Below, piece after piece: positions 51,980 to 64,000 of a stretch of DNA of 64,000 nucleotides. Every line of letters starts with the position of its first letter. Positions within the stretch are counted from its first letter, which is position 1. This DNA comes from Octopus bimaculoides (Eukaryota): assembly GCF_001194135.2 (NCBI RefSeq), contig NC_068985.1, forward strand, positions 96,127,281-96,191,280, written 5' to 3'. The position numbers were made by a program, and so were the translations under genes. Below the pieces are notes generated by a model. The model made no database searches. It worked only from the letters and a program-made list of their open reading frames with translations, and had not been told where the DNA came from.

Positions 51980-52690
51980 ATCATCATTATCATCATTGTT
52001 TAACGTCTGTTTTCCATGCTGGAATGGGCTGGACAGTTTGACTAGGGACTGGCAAGTCAGGAGGCTGCACCAGGCTCCAATCTGATCTGGCAAGGTTTCT
52101 ACAGCTGGATGCCCTTCCTAACGCCAACCACTCTGAGAGTGTAGACGATGCTTTTTACATGCCACCAGCACGGGAGTCAATCAGGCGACACTAGCATCNN
52201 NNNNNNNNNNNNNNNNNNNNNNNNNNNNNNNNNNNNNNNNNNNNNNNNNNNNNNNNNNNNNNNNNNNNNNNNNNNNNNNNNNGGGGGGGGGGTGCTGGCA
52301 TCAACCACATTTGGATGGTGCTTTTTATATGCCACCGGAACAGGGAGCTTGTCAGGCAACACTCCACGCATGAAAGGTGCTTATTGCGTGCCACCAGCAT
52401 GAAAGCCAGTCAGGCAGCACTGGCATCGGCCACAACTACAATTTCCATTTTTGACTGAGATTTTGATTTTACTTGACTTAATAGGTCTCCTCAAGCATGG
52501 TGTATCGCCCAACAATTCAAAGGTACTTTTCAAATGGGATGGTTATGTGACACTGGTATAGGCTACAGCTGTGATTTCACTTTATTTGCTGGGTCTTCTC
52601 AGTCACAGCATATCTCCAGAGACCTCGGTCTCTTGTCATTGCCTCTATGAGGCCCAATATTCGAAGGTTGTGCTTCAGCACCTCATCCCA
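51980..52690 (-). mobile_element. RTE LINE C-terminus plus full 3' UTR
   Basis: Minus strand reads WDEVLKHNLRILGLIEAMTRDRGLWRYAVTEKTQ, then the UTR and (GAT)n tail. Confidence 0.85.
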
Positions 52691-53629
52691 TGTCTATATA
52701 CATATCAAACTAAATGAAAATAAAATGAGCAAAAGTTTTAACATACCTAGGGTTGAAGTATTGAAGTGGAAATTGATTTTCTGAATGAGTGATCAAGAAA
52801 ATTATACTTGTAAGGAAAAGAAGAATCATTAGTTAATGACTAATTTTTGTCAAAGAAGGCAAGGGGGACAATTTCAAAATCTAATTTAATTAAAAAAACG
52901 ACAGGAGACATGCGGAGGAATGAAAAGTAGGGTGATCAACGGCAAAAATTATGTGTGTCTAACATTGAATATTGAGCATATGGTTATAAATTATTTCTAT
53001 TATTGTCATTGTATTGTGCTTCTATACATGTAATTCTTTCGTTTGTTCCAGTTTGCTGAATTCAAGAAAAACAAAAATGAAAAATGAATAATATGTCCCA
53101 CTTTTGGTTCACTGTTGAATGTGTGTGTGTGAATGGGTGGGGTGGGGTGGTGGGGAGAGAATGGCAGGAAGATTATCATCCAGCTGTAAAAACAACTGCT
53201 CCAACAAATAAACCATTCCACTCAAGCTAGCATGGAAAAAATGGATGTAAATCAGTAATACATCTAAATGTATCTAAATATATATAACTAAAACTTTTCA
53301 TGCTTTTATGTGTAAATGCATGGATGTCAGTGAGTATGCAGACATATCTACATACATAGAGACATACACACACATATATACATATACATTCATACAAACA
53401 CGTACATACACATATATACATACATACACATGCATACTTACACACAAACGCATATACACCAGTATACACACATATGCATATACCTGTACACATACCTAGA
53501 GCAAGCACTGGAGCTAATTTGATTGCCTTATCCCTTCAAAGCATTGCCCCAACATGACCGCAGATTGTATGCATGTGTGAACATGTATTTAAGGATACAT
53601 AAGATTTATATGTATGAATATATGGACCT

Positions 53630-54240
53630 AAGCATGGCTGTGTGGTAAGAAGTTTGCTTCCCAACCATATGGTCCTAGGATCAGTACCACAGCATGACAT
53701 CTTGAGCAGGTGTCTCGTACTATAGCCTGAGATTGACCAAAATCTTGAGAGTGGATTTGGTGGATGGAAACTGAAAGAAGCCTATTCTTTTCTACTCTAG
53801 GCACAAGGCCTGAAATTTGGGGGGAGGGAGCCAGTTGATTAGATCGACTCCAGTTCACAACTGGTACTTAATTTATCGACCCCGAAAGGATGAAAGGCAA
53901 AGTCGACCTCAGCGGAATTTGAACTCAGAACGTAACGGCAGACGAAATACCACAAAGCATTTCGCCCGGTGTGCTAACATTTCTGCCACCTCGCCGCCTT
54001 GAAAGAAGCCTATTGTGTGTGTCTGTGTGCATTTGTGTATGTGTGTGTTTGCCCCCCATCACTACTTGACAAATGGTTATATTTTACTGGTGTTGGTATG
54101 TTTACATCCTTGTAGACATAAAAAGAAACTGACACAAGTACCATGCTTAAACAAAAAATAAGTACAGGGGTACAAAAATTCTTCAAGGTGGTGCCCGGCA
54201 TGACCACAGCCTAATGATTGAAACAGGGAAAAAGATATAA
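53630..54240 (+). mobile_element. SINE family C host interrupted by SINE family M
   Basis: The family C body is split at gaaagaagcctatt. Confidence 0.8.
53787..54000 (-). mobile_element. SINE family M, full-length young insertion with 14-bp TSD
   Basis: TSD GAAAGAAGCCTATT at 53773-53786 and 54001-54014. Confidence 0.9.
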
Positions 54241-55079
54241 AAAAAACAAAAAGATACAAGTCCATGTGGATATTTGAGTGTTTGTACATGTTTGAGGAAT
54301 TGTCTGCGATTGTGTCGATTTTACATTGCAGGTATCACCACCATTGTTTCAAGTCTGTATTCCATGCTGGTTTGACAGGATCCATTGGGTCTAAAGACGG
54401 CATCAGGCTCTAGCATCTGCTTTGACAGGGTTTCTATGGCTGGATGCAATGCCAACCGCTTTACAGCCTCTACTGAGTGCTATTTACAAGCTACTGGCAC
54501 AAGTAAGATCCCCATGCAGTTTACAAGACTATGAACCCTGATGTTCATAGAAAATGAGAGTTGAACGTATGAGAAAAGGGTGGGGAAGAGAAGGTCCCTG
54601 TTGAACAGGAGCTACATATTATTATAATTCATTATTACTGATTCAATTAGGTAACTATTTACTGCATTTTATGATATATATATATATATATATATAACAC
54701 TATGCATATTAAAGCATTTATATATAATTATGAAACCAAATTATGTAAATGCTTTCATATAATATGTAATGATCTTCATTAGTGCGTCTAATGTGCACTT
54801 TCATTAGTGTTTCTATCTCTAATTCTTTGATGTCCTATTGAAACAAGAAATTATTTTAATTGCTAAATTTGTTCTGAACATATGAATCACAAAGAACATA
54901 TCTGAAAGGACTTTGCTGTATTTATAGATTAAATTATATTTAGTTTCTGAAGAGTTTTTGAAAATAGTGAAAGTGGAGATTGTTTGCTAAAAAAATAAAT
55001 TTGTAAAATGTAACCAGTTGCTGTGTACTTAACTGTATAGCTTGTATTGAGTCCCCTTTGATTCAAAAGTGTTCCTATA

Positions 55080-55605
55080 TGTTTAAAAGTACCCTTCAAT
55101 TGTTGGGCGATATGCTGTGCCTGTGAAGACCTGTTGAACGGAGTGAAATTGTAGTTGTGGTTGATGCCAGTGCTACCTGACTGGCATCCGTGCCAGTGAC
55201 ACATAAAAACACCATTTGAGCATGGTCAATACCAGTGTTGCTTGATTGGCACCCATGCCAGTGGCATGTAAAAGGCATGATTCGAGTGTGTGGCACCCAT
55301 GCTAGTGACACGTAAAAAGCACTATTCGAGTATGGTCAATGCCAGTGCTGCCTGACTGGCACCTGTGCTGGTGGCACATATAAAGCACCATTTAAGCGTG
55401 GCCAATGGCAGTGCTACCTGACTAGTACTCATGTCATGTAAGAAGCACCCACTACACTCTCAGAGTGGTTGGCATTAGGAAGGGCATCCAGCTGTAGAAA
55501 CCTTGCTAAATCAGATTGGAGCTTGGTTTAGCCTCCTGGCTTGCCAATTTTTATTCAAACCATCCAACCCATGCCAGCATGGAAAGCGGATGTTAAATGA
55601 CAATG
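55080..55605 (+). mobile_element. RTE 3' UTR with an expanded ~65-bp minisatellite (about 4-5 units)
   Basis: Repeated atgccagtgctgcctgactggcacccgtgccagtggcacgtaaaaagcaccattcgag units precede the common tail. Confidence 0.8.
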
Positions 55606-55748
55606 AGATACACACACACACACACACACACACACACTTATACATATGCACACACATATACATATATGTAATATAAACATAAACATACACCTGCATAAAT
55701 ACAATATATATGTATGTATGCATGTATATATACACACACCTGCATACA

Positions 55749-55786
<38 letters not shown>

Positions 55787-56324
55787 CATAAACAAGAAAA
55801 TATGGGCCCAAAGAGTGAAAGAAATTAAACAGAACTAGGTTTATAGACATAAATATCAATTTGTCAAATTATCTGTAACTCAGTGAAAGCATGTAAGTTG
55901 TTCGTATCAAGAATCAAAAGATTTCTGCCAAAATCCAGGGTATGCTAACTTTGTTGGCAAGATTCATTTTTAAAAAATACCTTCCTCGCATTTCTTTTTC
56001 TCACCTGGCAAAATAATGTGGCATCTGTTGCAGGGGCAACCTATTGGCTAAATACCAAAATGAGAAATATATATCATTTCAATTGTTACTAAAAATGTTT
56101 TCATGTAGTTGTAAGGTGCCTTTGTTACAAAGGCTTCATACTTTAGTTACCTTTAATACAGCCTGTATGTGAAGGGAAGAGCTGTCACAAAGTTCTTTGT
56201 TTTTTTTCCATTTGTTTTCTATTTTTTTTTAACAATATATTTTACTGGTGGAATACTATACATTTCAATGTAGGAAACACAGAGAAAATAAATGGAAAAT
56301 AAGCATGATTTTTTTTTCTAGTGT

Positions 56325-56371
<47 letters not shown>

Positions 56372-57119
56372 GATAGAGATCTGTGTGTACAGGAAGATAT
56401 GCCTTTGAAAGGTACAACTCCTGAAGATGTTAGATTCTTAATAACATCAAACTCCAGCTGTGAGATCACTGTTTCTAGTATCAATCAATTAGTATTGATT
56501 TGACAGGTAATTAATACAACACCTTTATGTACAGTCTGATTTGGCATAGTTTTCTATGTCTGGATGCCTTTTCTAACGTCAACCACTCTAAGAGTGTAAT
56601 GGGTGTTTTTACGTGACACCAGTATCTTCCACGACTGCAATTTTGCTCAGCTTGATGGGTCTTCTTCGGGCAAAATCGCAGTCATGGCAGATACTGCTGT
56701 CACGCAAATGGCACCCATGCCAGTGGCTGTGTATATATATATATATATNNNNNNNNNNNNNNNNNNNNNNNNNNNNNNNNNNNNNNNNNNNNNNNNNNNN
56801 NNNNNNNNNNNNNNNNNNNNNNNNNNNNNNNNNNNNNNNNNNNNNNNNNNNNNNNNNNNNNNNNNNNNNNNNNNNNNNNNNNNNNNNNNNNNNNNNNNNN
56901 NNNNNNNNNNNNNNNGTGATTTTAAATTTGAATTTCTCTGAAAATATCACAAGCTTATTTTCACAATAATACACATTACTTTAAATGAAAGTACACAAGC
57001 AAGAATCTTGACTGTTCAAATCGATATTAAATAAACAATATTAAAAAAATTACTGAGTTGTAAAATGGTTAATATATCCATGTATTATAAGCAAGACTGG
57101 ATGACATATTTTAATGCTG

Positions 57120-57530
57120 GTTTCAAATTTTGGCACAAGGCCAGCAACTCTAGAGAAGTGAGTAAGTCAATTACATCACCCCCAATGCTTGACTGGTACT
57201 TATTGACCCCAAAAGGATGAAAGGCAAAGTTGACTTTGGCAGAATTTGAACTCGGAATGTAAAGACAAAAGAAATTCCACTGAGCACTTTGCTTGGTATG
57301 CTGATGATTCTGCCAGCTTGTTGCCTGATCCCTGCATTACAATATAAGTTACAAATTTTGGCACAGGGATAGTGGTTTTGGGGGAGGGGGAAAGCTGGTT
57401 ATATCAACCCCGGTGCTCAACTGGTACTTATTTTATCAACCCTGAAAAGACGAAAGGCAAAGCTGACCTCAATGGAATTTGAACTCAAAACATAAAGACG
57501 GACAAAATGCTGCTAAACACTGTGCTTGGC
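57120..57530 (-). mobile_element. Two tandem SINE family M copies
   Basis: aaattttggcacaagg... occurs at about 57125 and about 57353, each followed by ggatgaaaggcaaag...gaatttgaactc. Confidence 0.75.
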
Positions 57531-57539
57531 ATTCATTTA

Positions 57540-57915
57540 TTCTTTTGTTTGTTTCAGTCATTTAACTGTGGTCATGCTGGAGCACTGCCTTTTAGTCAAA
57601 GAAATCGACCTCAAGACTTATTCTTTGCAAGCCTAATACTTATTCTATCGGTCTCTTTTGCTGAACCAGTAAGTCATAGAGACATAAACACACCACAAGC
57701 GATGGTGGGGGGACAAACACAGACACACAAACATACACACACACACATATATATATAGACACAATGGGCTTCTTTCAGTTTTCGTCTACCAAATCCACTC
57801 ACAAGGCTCTGGTCGGCCTGAGGCTATACTAGAAGACATTTGCCCAAGGTGTTTCGCAGTGGGACTGAACCCAGAACCATGTGGTTGGGAAGCAAGCTTC
57901 TTACCACACAGCCAT
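57540..57915 (-). mobile_element. SINE family C, full length
   Basis: Reverse complement of the 44511-45020 type. Confidence 0.85.
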
Positions 57916-58877
57916 GGAACCAGCTTACCTCCTCATTCACATTTAATATTGAAAACTTTTCTTTTACAAAACTGTTGTGCCTGCAGAAACTCTGTAATAT
58001 ACTTATCAAAAACCGATAGACTGTAACTGACCTTTATTTGTGCACAAACAACAAATGTTAATAAGTCTTTCTTCACATAACAGCATCAAATGCTATATAA
58101 CTTAATTCTTGCCAAGTTAAAACATTCACATTGATGCCTATTATAAAATAATTAGTAATATAATTCCAATAATCAGAAATTAAAAAGAAAAAAACAAAGT
58201 ACATCAACTACTTGCTTCAGAAAAAATCCAAACTTTAAAGAGATTAGTTAATATTGCACTAGTACTAAAGCTATAGTTTATTATTTCACCAAGTTACTAA
58301 ATACAAAATGATTTTTTGATAATTTTTTTTTTTTTGTGATTTTTGTTCATTCTTTCGTTCTCTCTCTCTTTCTCTCTCAAAGTATTCCACAGAAAGTAAT
58401 TTAAGAATAGTTGTGAATATTTTCCAAAACATCTGGTAATGATCATCTGTTCAACTTCAATGATTGTAAAACGATGAGGATAAATCTGTTTCATGGTGCT
58501 TTTAGATAAGATGCAAGTGATACCTACCATTCATCAACAGGCCAGATACTAAAACTTTGCCAATTACATGTGATTGTTCAGTTTTTACCATTATGGTCTT
58601 CAGCCATTTAGGACAGCCACTCAGCAATAATGTTAAAACTCGCTATCTACGATTATCAACTATTCTTAGCATAAGCCAAGTTCAAAAGCAATTACATAAA
58701 TGACTTTCTGGGACTTTTAAATAATTTACTGCTTAATTTTCGAAAATCTCAGAATATATGGTTTTGCATTCAACTAAAGGTTATCATCATCCAGATTGAT
58801 ACTGAGGTATGTGAGCATGTGTGTGTATGTGTGTGTGTGAGTGCATGGATGTAGTTAAGAATTTATTAGTATTCTTT

Positions 58878-59018
58878 AACTCTTTTACTTGTTTCAGTCT
58901 TTTGACTGCGGCCATGCTGGAGCACTGCCTTTAGTCAAATAAATTGACCCCAGGACTTATTTTTTGTAAGCCTAGTACTTATTCGATGGTCAGGGGACAA
59001 GCACAGACACACAAATGT

Positions 59019-59056
<38 letters not shown>

Positions 59057-59210
59057 GATGGGCTTCTTTCAGTTTCCGTCTACCAAATCCACACACAAGG
59101 CTTTGGTTGGCCCAAGGCTCTAGTGAAAGACACTAACTGAAGGTGCCACGCAGTGGGACTGAACCCTGAACCATGTGGTTGGGAAGCAAACTTCTTACCA
59201 CACAGCCACA
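58878..59210 (-). mobile_element. SINE family C with an internal deletion
   Basis: tcttttacttgtttcagtc...cttcttaccacacagccac. Confidence 0.8.
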
Positions 59211-59534
59211 CATGCAGATTTCATTTCATAAATCTCTCTCCCCGCCACACACACACAAAAGCATACATACACACACACACATACAAATATGAGCACACAT
59301 CTAAATAAACATTTGTTAGTATATTTTTTATTATATTTGTTCTGTAATTATTGATGTCTGTTTTGTTAGTCTTAGTTCCATGTGTCCCCATGATCAGCAT
59401 CCCAAGACCTATTATTATCTATTTATTGCTGTTTATCCTTTTACCATGACAGTGTGTGGAATTGCTTTGTTGGAGCAATTGTCATTACAGCTGGATGCCC
59501 TCCCAACTGTTAATCGCTCAATGATAAAATAAAA

Positions 59535-59791
59535 CAGTTCTATATTTAAGAGATGAGGAATTATGTACATTCGACGGATATTTGTCCCCATCTTGTTTGT
59601 TGTTAACGCAACGTTTTTTCTGATATACCCTCCAGCCTTCATCAGGTGTCTTGGAGAAATTTTGAACCTGGGTTCTCATTCCTAAGGTATTTTTCTATAT
59701 TATTATTATTCAGATCACTGCCTGGAATCAAACTTGGAATCTTGGGGTTAGTAGCCTGCGCTCTTAACCACTACACCATATGCCTGTGGAC
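59535..59791 (-). mobile_element. tRNA-head plus hammerhead element (copy B), left arm of a palindrome
   Basis: Reverse complement reads ggcatatggtgtagtggttaagagcgcaggctactaacccc..gtttgattcc..gacacCTGATGAaggctggagggtatatcagaaaaaaCGTTgcgtt. Confidence 0.75.
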
Positions 59792-60049
59792 GTCTACGGG
59801 CATATGGTGTAGTGGTTAAGAGCATGGGCTACTAACCCCAAGATCCCGAGTTTGATTCCAAGCAGGGACCTGAACAACAACAACAACAACAATAATAATA
59901 AAAACATCGAAAAATACCTTAGGAATGAGAACCCAGGTTCGAAATTTCCCCAAGACACCTGATGAAGGCTGGAGGGTATATCAGCTGAAACATTGTGTTA
60001 ACAACAAACAAGATGAGGACAAATATCCATCAATTGTAAATAATGTAAA
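59792..60049 (+). mobile_element. tRNA-head plus hammerhead element (copy C), right arm of the palindrome
   Basis: ggcatatggtgtagtggttaag..gtttgattcc..hammerhead motif at 59954-59999; TSD CAATGATAAAATAA at 59519-59532 and 60050-60063. Confidence 0.8.
59954..59999 (+). ncRNA. Minimal type I hammerhead ribozyme motif
   Basis: GACAC-CTGATGA-A-GGCTG(gagggtatat)CAGCT-GAAA-CA-TT-GTGTT; helix II is kept with one G-U pair. Confidence 0.6.
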
Positions 60050-60729
60050 CAATGATAAAATAAGTATTGAATTCCTATTGCCAGCAAGGTATATCAAAGA
60101 ATTTGGGGTTATAGACCTTGTCTCAAGAAACTGCGAAAACGAGCCAATGGAGAAACCTCTATGCAGAAGCACGATCAGCTGGAATAACTGTTAAATCTCA
60201 CTCTAATCATACTTTACCATCTTAAGGACAAAAAGGACATTTTGATAATGTAATCCTAGATAGCCCTAAAAGACAAGTTGATCAAGACTGGATTGCTTTT
60301 GATCACGGCCAACTTGGGATTAAACAAATGTGAAAATAGCTGCATTTATATGGTTTGAATTCTTTTGAAATTGAATAAAGTTTGACTCAAACATTAAGCA
60401 ATATTTGATACAATGCAGAAAAAAAGGAAGTGACAGTTATTGGAAAAAACAAATATGTTCAATATTTCAACTGGAGAAAGAAGTTGACAAAGAAAGGTGG
60501 AACAGAAGATTGAACATAAAGATTTATTGTTTCTAGTTTAATAAGCAGAATTCTGATTTCATATTTTACCTATTCACTGCCCCTTTGAAAACAAAATAAA
60601 TTTCAGTGACACTTGATGTAAGATTGCATTCACTGCAATATGGCTTTGGACGAAATGAAAATAAACTAGTATTACACATAAAAATACATAAAAGAAAATA
60701 AAGAATATAAAGGACAGCTGTGTAAAGAA

Positions 60730-61105
60730 GTGCCAATCTCTAACTGTGGAGGGATCTGTGGAAGAGGTACACTAAGGAAGATGTGGGATGAAGTGGTGAA
60801 ATATGATCTTCGGATGTTGAGCCTCACAGGTGATGACAAAATGTCCAAGACTTCGGGTGATTTGCTGTGCTTGAAAAGATACGTCAAACTAAGTGAAATT
60901 GTGCCAGTGACACATGAAAGACACCCATGTTGGTGACACGAGAAACACCCAGTACACTGTGGAGTGACTAGAATTAGGAAGGGCATCCAGCCATAGAAAC
61001 CATGCCAAAACAGACTGGAGCCTGGTGCAGCTGTCTGACTTACCATTTCCAGTCAAACTGTCTTACCAATGCCAGCATGGAAAACGAATGCTAAATGATG
61101 ATGAT
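60730..61105 (+). mobile_element. RTE LINE C-terminus plus shortened 3' UTR
   Basis: GRGTLRKMWDEVVKYDLRMLSLT, resembling RGRPRKTW.EV..DL, followed by the ggaagggcatccagcc tail and (GAT)n. Confidence 0.8.
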
Positions 61106-62683
61106 AAAAATGTTATCAGTTAATTATCCTGAAATACAAATTCATAAAACACAGCATTCAGGTATGTTTGCATTTAGAATACTCTGTGTTGTTTAGTAAC
61201 AACTCTTTATGTTCTAAGCTTCAAGTCCCATGAAGTGACGATAGTCTTTCATCCTCCTGGGGTCAATATATTCACCTGTATTCCTATTGTTAAAAGTATG
61301 GCCTTCAGCCTATGTTAGAACATATATAAAGCTTATGTTTTAAATGCTAAATTCAACAGTTTTATTTTTTTTCAAAGGTCAGTTCTACAAATAACTGAAC
61401 ATAATTAGAACATGTAATTATAAAATAATGACATAACAGCATTAGTTAATTTCAGTCAAAATTTTCAGTTAGATAACAATATAATTATAAGAATTGCCAT
61501 CTGTTTGAAATGCCATAGATAAACATGTTGCATGCAAAATAACTAGGCTAAAAAGCAGAGTAGAACTTTTGGCCAACATCACACAATTACTTGAAGAGAA
61601 CATTTAAAAGAGTTTGTATCTTTTTTTTTTTTCAAGAAATTAATAAATTAACATGAGAAATTGCCAGTTTTACAGATTTCTAAAAGGTATTTTGGCTTAA
61701 ATATACGGAAATATTTTTTTTAGTATACTTGTTTTCAGATATTTTTTATTTCTATTTTCCACAAAGCAAAGCTACCAGAATAAAATGTACTAGTCTTCCA
61801 TATTATTTACCTTTCATAACAACACAAAATTTGTATTTCATATTTCTTCTGTATTAACTTAATAGCAAGGCAGTTGAAGTATTTTGATTAGCAACAAAGC
61901 TCTCTTCTCCATAAGTTTTCTTCATTACATTCATTGCCAGAAAACTCTCAAAGCTATTTACTATTTTCACAAGGCAGGTAAGGCAGCCTTGATTACACAG
62001 AATACACAAAAATTACATTAAGTCGTTACACACATGCCCACTAGATGGAAATATAAACAGATACACCTTGCCTCGGTAAATTCAACTGACGTAGCTTGAA
62101 TAGATACAACAACAATTAATATGCCAAAACTAAACCCAAGAAAGACAAAGTTTGTCTCTCAAAACAAAAGAACTATAAGTATCATATGTATAAGTTATAG
62201 GTTCAAATAACACATTTTATGTTTGGCACCTTTGGTATCAACATTCCAAAGTAAAGAGAGAGATAACAGAACTCTAACGTTGAAATTTAGATAAAGCTAA
62301 ATATTTTTATAGCCATTAGCCTCATTAAAATATATCCTTAAAAATGTCTTCAACAATAGTGTTCATGCATTTGTTTTCAGCCTGCTGAGAGGTAATGAAT
62401 TGATCTGAAAGCGAACAAAATATTGATGTAGAAAACAGACTTAATTTCACAGTAGAATAGCTAACAGACAGGACATAGTTAATTATACAAAAGATACAAG
62501 TAACAGTTTAAGAGATGCAGATTCACTGCTTCAGTTGGTTGCTAAGAATTAGAAAATCTGGAAAATCCAGTGACTAAGAAGCTATTGTTAAGACACTTTG
62601 ACTAAACAGCAGAGAAACAACAACAATGTAACATCTGGTGCATTATAAATTGACCTAAATTTAATGCATGGCTATCATGTCAT

Positions 62684-62740
<57 letters not shown>

Positions 62741-63439
62741 GTATGCATGTATGTATATATATCTTGCTCTTCTAATTCAATAAACACAAGAATATCATAC
62801 TGCTAAAAGGAGACCCATCTCTCATATCTTCAACTATTTAGTCACATATCTAACACAATGTATTCTCCTAACAAGCTAGGTCTCAAGACACTCAAAGACT
62901 GCCTCCCATCACAGACTTTTTAATTCTTTCCTGATTCAGTTATTCTTAGAGTATTTTCTCTTCCATAATATCATCTCCAGTAAGAAAAGAATAAACATGA
63001 TTCTCAGTTATTCTACCATCATAAATGAACTTTAATTCCTTAACATAAGCAAACAAACTTGTGCTCCCTATTCACAGTTGCAATTATGCTCTCATTCTCT
63101 TCCTAATGTTTCATAAATTCATTCTCCTGTTTATATATTCATTCACCTTAGAAAGAGATATACAGTTAATTGATTGGTCACCAGTAACATATATATAGAT
63201 AATAGCAATGTCCCTTCATTTATTAACTTTATTTAATATATATATATCACTTTCCAACCACATTCCCTCTTCTAAATTCTGAGTAGTTGCATTACTCCTC
63301 TACAGCATGAAACCCATTCTGTTTCAGCAATTTTCTCTCTACTCCTTATTCTCTTATCATAAAGTTCAAGTGATATAGAAGAGGATAATGTGTGTGTGTG
63401 TGCATGCACGCACGTGCATGTGTGCTTAAGATTATTACC

Positions 63440-63600
63440 ATCATTTAACATCCATGTTTCATGCCGGCATAAGTTGGATAGTTTGATGAGAACTGATGAG
63501 CCCAAGGACAGGGTTTGTTTGGCATAGTTTCTATGGCTGTACTGGCTGTGTTCTTTCATACTGCCAGCTTTAGTGAGGTTGCCACGCATCTTACAAGAGT
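63440..63600 (-). mobile_element. RTE 3' end, diverged
   Basis: catcatttaacatccatgtttcatgccggcataagttgg... Confidence 0.55.
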
Positions 63601-63935
63601 ACAAACTCTGAGAAAGGAGAGAGAACTTTATGCTTTGTTGTAAATGAACACTGACATAACACATTCAACAGAGCATGCTAGCATTCTTTCTTTCAAACTT
63701 TTACATGTCCTCTGAATTCACAGCCCATGTCTCACTGCCATGTAGCTTAGCTGTTGGTACAAAGGCATAATACAATCTGCCTTTCAGTCTGAGGGAGAGA
63801 GGTCCTTTGTTACCAACAAAAGCAGCAGCTCTGAACTTTGCCCAGCTGGTTCTTATTCTAGCAACCATGCTTTCAGAGCATCCTCCTCCACTGCTTGTTT
63901 GGTCATTCCTAGGTACCAGATACTATCTACACTCT

Positions 63936-63980
63936 TTAACCCTTTACCATTTAAATGGGCCATATCCAGCCAAAATTACA
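63936..63980. mobile_element. TTAA MITE family A, left-end fragment
   Basis: TTAAccctttaccatttaaatgggccatatccagcc. Confidence 0.55.
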
Positions 63981-64000
63981 GAAATTTTCAGTGGTCTTTC

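Noticed and set aside
50852-52093. Longest ORFs in the track (334-413 aa)
   Set aside because: They consist almost entirely of N-gap codons flanked by microsatellites.
55140-55445. CRISPR-like regularly spaced repeats
   Set aside because: The context is eukaryotic, the units are whole tandem repeats without unique spacers, they lie in a LINE 3' UTR, and there are no cas genes.
60065-60194. Plus-strand peptide IPIASKVYQRIWGYRPCLKKLRKRANG
   Set aside because: It vaguely resembles a LINE RT segment but is too short and diverged to call as either a gene or an element.

Overview
AT-rich, microsatellite-dense animal DNA with seven assembly gaps, most likely an octopod cephalopod judging by the SINE, RTE-LINE and MITE families I recognise (inference). 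It is mainly intronic or intergenic. One exon is supported by homology: a 133-nt minus-strand exon (2898-3030) of an HSF2BP/MEILB2-like gene. A few other minus-strand exon candidates may splice into a CUB-like domain (low confidence). Most of the listed ORFs are microsatellite or repeat artefacts. Repeats include RTE LINE ORF fragments and many (GAT)n-tailed 3' ends, three tRNA-headed SINE families, TTAA-flanked MITEs and one hAT MITE with an 8-bp TSD. The most interesting signal is a Penelope/hammerhead theme. First, a ~250-bp element joins a tRNA-like Pol III head to a minimal type I hammerhead ribozyme motif; it occurs at 18.0-18.3 kb and as a zero-spacer head-to-head palindrome bounded by a 14-bp TSD at 59.5-60.1 kb. 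Second, a ~2-kb head-to-head palindrome of a Penelope-like GIY-YIG retroelement lies at 7.1-9.2 kb. Third, another Penelope-like 3' end with a decayed hammerhead-like motif lies at 35.4-35.8 kb.
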